Below are positions 60,901 to 64,000 of a stretch of DNA of 64,000 nucleotides, piece after piece. How positions within the stretch are numbered: the stretch's first letter is position 1; each line of letters begins with the position of its first letter. Origin of the DNA: Intoshia linei (lineage: Eukaryota > Animalia > Orthonectida); assembly GCA_001642005.1 (NCBI GenBank), contig LWCA01000029.1:1-64000 (forward strand), read 5' to 3'. The notes beneath the pieces are model-generated. The model was not told the DNA's origin, ran no database searches, and was given only the letters and a program-made list of their open reading frames with translations. Made by a program: the position numbers and the translations under genes.

Positions 60901-62889
60901 AAATGATTCTTTTTAAATAAATTTAAATTGTGTTGTACGTGGTATATACAATGTATATTATATGGTATGATATAATTTAATGAATTAATCTGAATTGTTA
61001 TTTTCATTTAGTCTAGAATCTAGATTCAAGTAAATATAGATGTAAAAAATTTTATTAGTATTTGTTATTTACCATTAAAATTAATATTGCAATAATTTTA
61101 ATTTACAATTAAAGGTTAATATTGAAATATACCCAATGATACTTTTTCACCGGAATCGGGAGGTAATAGGAAAACCATCATGGTTAATGATGATATCAAA
61201 GCACATGGTATTATTAAATTAAATCCATAATATAAAGCTCTACGTCGGATGTGAATTTTGAAGGTTATGTCAATATATCTACACAAGTTTTAAGGTGACA
61301 AGTATAAGTTGTGTATAATTACTGTTCAGGGCAACAATCGTATTTTTTCACATGTCGCATTGCTGGAACGTCTAAATAAAATTAAGTTATTAATCAGTGG
61401 CGGCTCGTAGACAAAATAATTTGTGGGGCTTCAAGAAATTTTTTTTATAACATGTAAGAACTTTAATATGTCTACTATTATAATAGTATATTATTATAAT
61501 ACTACTTTAGTAATACATATACAATATGTATTATAACATTTTATAAAATTTTTCAGGGCTCATTGTACAATTGAAACTGTAAATATTTACATATAATAAT
61601 ATATTAGGCATGGGAAACTTATGACTAGCTTGAAAGATTTGATGCGTAATTTGATATATTTCGAATATACAAAAATTTAAGAAATACATTCATTTACAAT
61701 GCTAATCAGGGCGGTGGAGGGCTATACGCGAGTCTAATATTTAAATTCATAGATAATTTTTTAGTTATGTCAAAATTATCCTGGAATTAAAATTTTATAT
61801 TGAATAATGATGATACCAAGCTGTGATGTGTAAATACCTCGACTGGACACACAGTAGCATACTAATTTAAAAATTTAATTTAAACCTATATGGGTTAGGG
61901 TAAAAATTTTTTGATAATTTTAAGGGCGAGTAGTTCTTAATCGATTGATTTAAACAAATTTAGGAATAATTAGCGATAATAAATTTAAAATGCTGACGCA
62001 AATCCAATTGCCTTTTGTTGTTAAATTTGTTAAATACTTTGCGATTTATTTACTCCTCTGGGGTGATTTAATTATAAATATGTTAAGTACCTATTAATAG
62101 CCATTCTCCACTTTCTTGATAAGCACTAATGTCGACAGTATCGCTCTTTTTAATTAAGTTTATTTTACCTCCATCATATGACCATGAACCAAACTAAATA
62201 TTTTTGTAACGTTTAAATATTCGTACCATTCTAATTAATCGTCAATTAATTTCTATAAGGCACATTTCCAAATGTTAGTACATTAGGAATAATGATTATT
62301 TTATATTAAAACCCATTAATTCTAGTTTTAGAAAAATGGCTAAATCTCATTAGTTTGTTTTTTCTTATTTAAAGTTTATAATTTTAATTTTTAATTAAAA
62401 AATATTTTAAAAATCTACATAAGTAGATGTACATTGCATGTTTTAAAAATTTAAAAACTCTATTAATGTCATTTAATCACTAATTAAGACAAAATTTTGG
62501 TTTGGTAAAAACCAGTAGTTACATTTAGAAATATAGTGAAATCCGAAAAGTAATCGTGTTTTATATGTTAGATTTTTCGCTGATCCATCACTGTCGTGAA
62601 CCAGTCACTAGTAGTCACTTACTACAATACATACTTCAAATCTTGCCATTACTGGATAATGCGCAAAAAAATTTCTTCCCACTGTGCCATATGAAAAAAG
62701 GATTTAAAAACCACCGATCTACTATACATAATAAAAACCTTCATGTAGCAAATTTGATCATCGAAAGGAAACCAGGTAATATCTATTGAACATGAACTTA
62801 TGTATAATCCAGGTGGAACCCAATTGCATCGACCATCCGAATAAACCACTATATTTGTTGGAAATTTGCTGTCAATATCTTCGTCAGCG
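57939..62889 (-). CDS. Nicotinic acetylcholine receptor alpha subunit, alpha7/ACR-16-like; 5' exons lie beyond the window
   Basis: Cys-loop [25 protein letters not shown], loop [46 protein letters not shown] (cation-type GEK), [18 protein letters not shown]. Confidence 0.95.
58902..59909 (-). mobile_element. Frameshifted CGGBP1-like hAT transposase in a nAChR intron
   Basis: Three overlapping ORFs: LYCRKC...[10 protein letters not shown] (BED-like C2H2), [21 protein letters not shown]..., and [12 protein letters not shown] (hAT dimerisation motif). Confidence 0.75.
60030..60440 (+). repeat. Three tandem ~120-135 bp units matching the internal repeat of the Helitron family
   Basis: Units start TTCA(T/C)...CAAAA...ATT(T/A)CC at ~60038, ~60156 and ~60290, followed by ACAGTTGTATCCTGTTAA as in the 63520 copy. 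Confidence 0.7.
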
Positions 62890-63519
62890 CTAAATTTTAT
62901 ATTCTTATTTTTTCATATTGTTTGAAAAATTGTACAGTACATGTAGTGTATGCATGTCAATAATTTATTTTTAAAAAATATAATTTAGCCAAACCTTTAG
63001 GTACAATATCCATTATATGGTTTTATAAATTGTCTACCCATCGATGGTAATGCTTGTTAATTTATAAACCATCTCAGAATTTCGGTTGTATACAATTTTA
63101 GTACTTTCTTAATTTTTACAAAAAAGGTTAATTTGGATTTTGGCCGTAAATATATAAGACTTTGAAAATAAAAATTATCATAATATGGATGAATTTAAAA
63201 ACAAAGTAAAATTGGGGTCTTTAACCTTAAAGGACTCAATTTCTGAAATTGAAACTTGTGCTATGACAAAAATCTCGAAAAACTAATAGAAATTTGTTAT
63301 TTTTAAAAAAATATTTTTCATGCCTTGGTCCCCCCCAAAGTAATAAATAAATATAGTTATTTTTTTCGCATTAATTATTTCAAAATCGCTGAATCTACAA
63401 GAAATTTATAATATCATTTTGTATAATGTTTAAATTTTGACTAAAGTTCTCAATTCTCGTTTTTAAAGTCTCGTTCTTTATAATCGAAATTCGGATAATA
63501 ATAATAATTAATAAATATA

Positions 63520-64000
63520 TCTTAACTTATATAATATGCTACGCGATTTTTGTTTGTGTGTGTGTGTGGTCAATTTATTGAAATAACTACCAGTCTTAGT
63601 ATTTGATAAAGTCTACATTTTAATTACAGTTTTTTCCGGAACGTATAATAAGATAAATATCAACCTCCCAAACTCACACCTTACGGGTCAAAAACCCAAA
63701 TTGTCCCTCTTTTTGAAAATCAAACGAGTTGGAGAATTTAAAAAAATATATAAGCTGATGCGGACTTTAAAATCATGTACATTATCATACATATCATTAT
63801 ACATTATTTAAATTTAAAAAAAAAGGATCTTCAGGGCCAAAACCACAAATTACCCTTCTTTTTTTAATGAAAACAGCCCTAGAATTTAAAAAAAATTACA
63901 GGTGTTACAGTTGTATCCTGTTAACACACACATGTCACGGTCAAAAAAGCATTTTAGTATTCATATTTTTTTTCGAAATATTTTATTAACAAAAAAATGT
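63520..64000 (+). mobile_element. Non-autonomous Helitron family copy running off the window
   Basis: A|TCTTAACTTATATAATATGCTACGCG plus GTTTGTGTGTGTGTG; collinear with the 38466-39275 and 1600-2215 copies. Confidence 0.88.

Overview
Very AT-rich (roughly 25% GC by eye), gene-dense eukaryotic genomic DNA from an animal. The genes are strongly diverged and have many ~35-45 bp introns. This fits a reduced invertebrate parasite such as an orthonectid (Intoshia-like), but that is inference, not verified. Spliced genes in order: MADD/DENN (+, 4330 to >14696, 3' end missing); RFC4 (-, 21122 to <17827, 3' end missing); a small INO80B-like zf-HIT gene (+); MED12 (-, only 3 exons) head-to-head with NDUFS2 (+); liprin-alpha (+); a septin with no visible 5' exons (+); and an alpha7-like nicotinic receptor subunit (-) that continues beyond the window. 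The long introns and intergenic gaps are filled with transposon remnants. These include a Ty3/gypsy pol remnant, at least 12 copies or fragments of one non-autonomous Helitron family, several hAT MITEs with 8-bp TSDs, Tc1/Tc3/pogo elements, MULE, P-like and CGGBP1-like hAT remnants, a foldback-like element and a plant/oomycete-type (Stowaway-TIR, DD39D) mariner. A single-N gap at 16119 probably hides the 3' ends of MADD and RFC4. No rRNA, tRNA or CRISPR was seen, and no clear-cut novel multi-gene system is evident. The best leads are the DD39D element, a recurrent GC-rich ~55-nt hairpin motif near the 5' splice sites of three genes, the headless septin next to a palindromic hAT-hAT junction, and the Helitron family.
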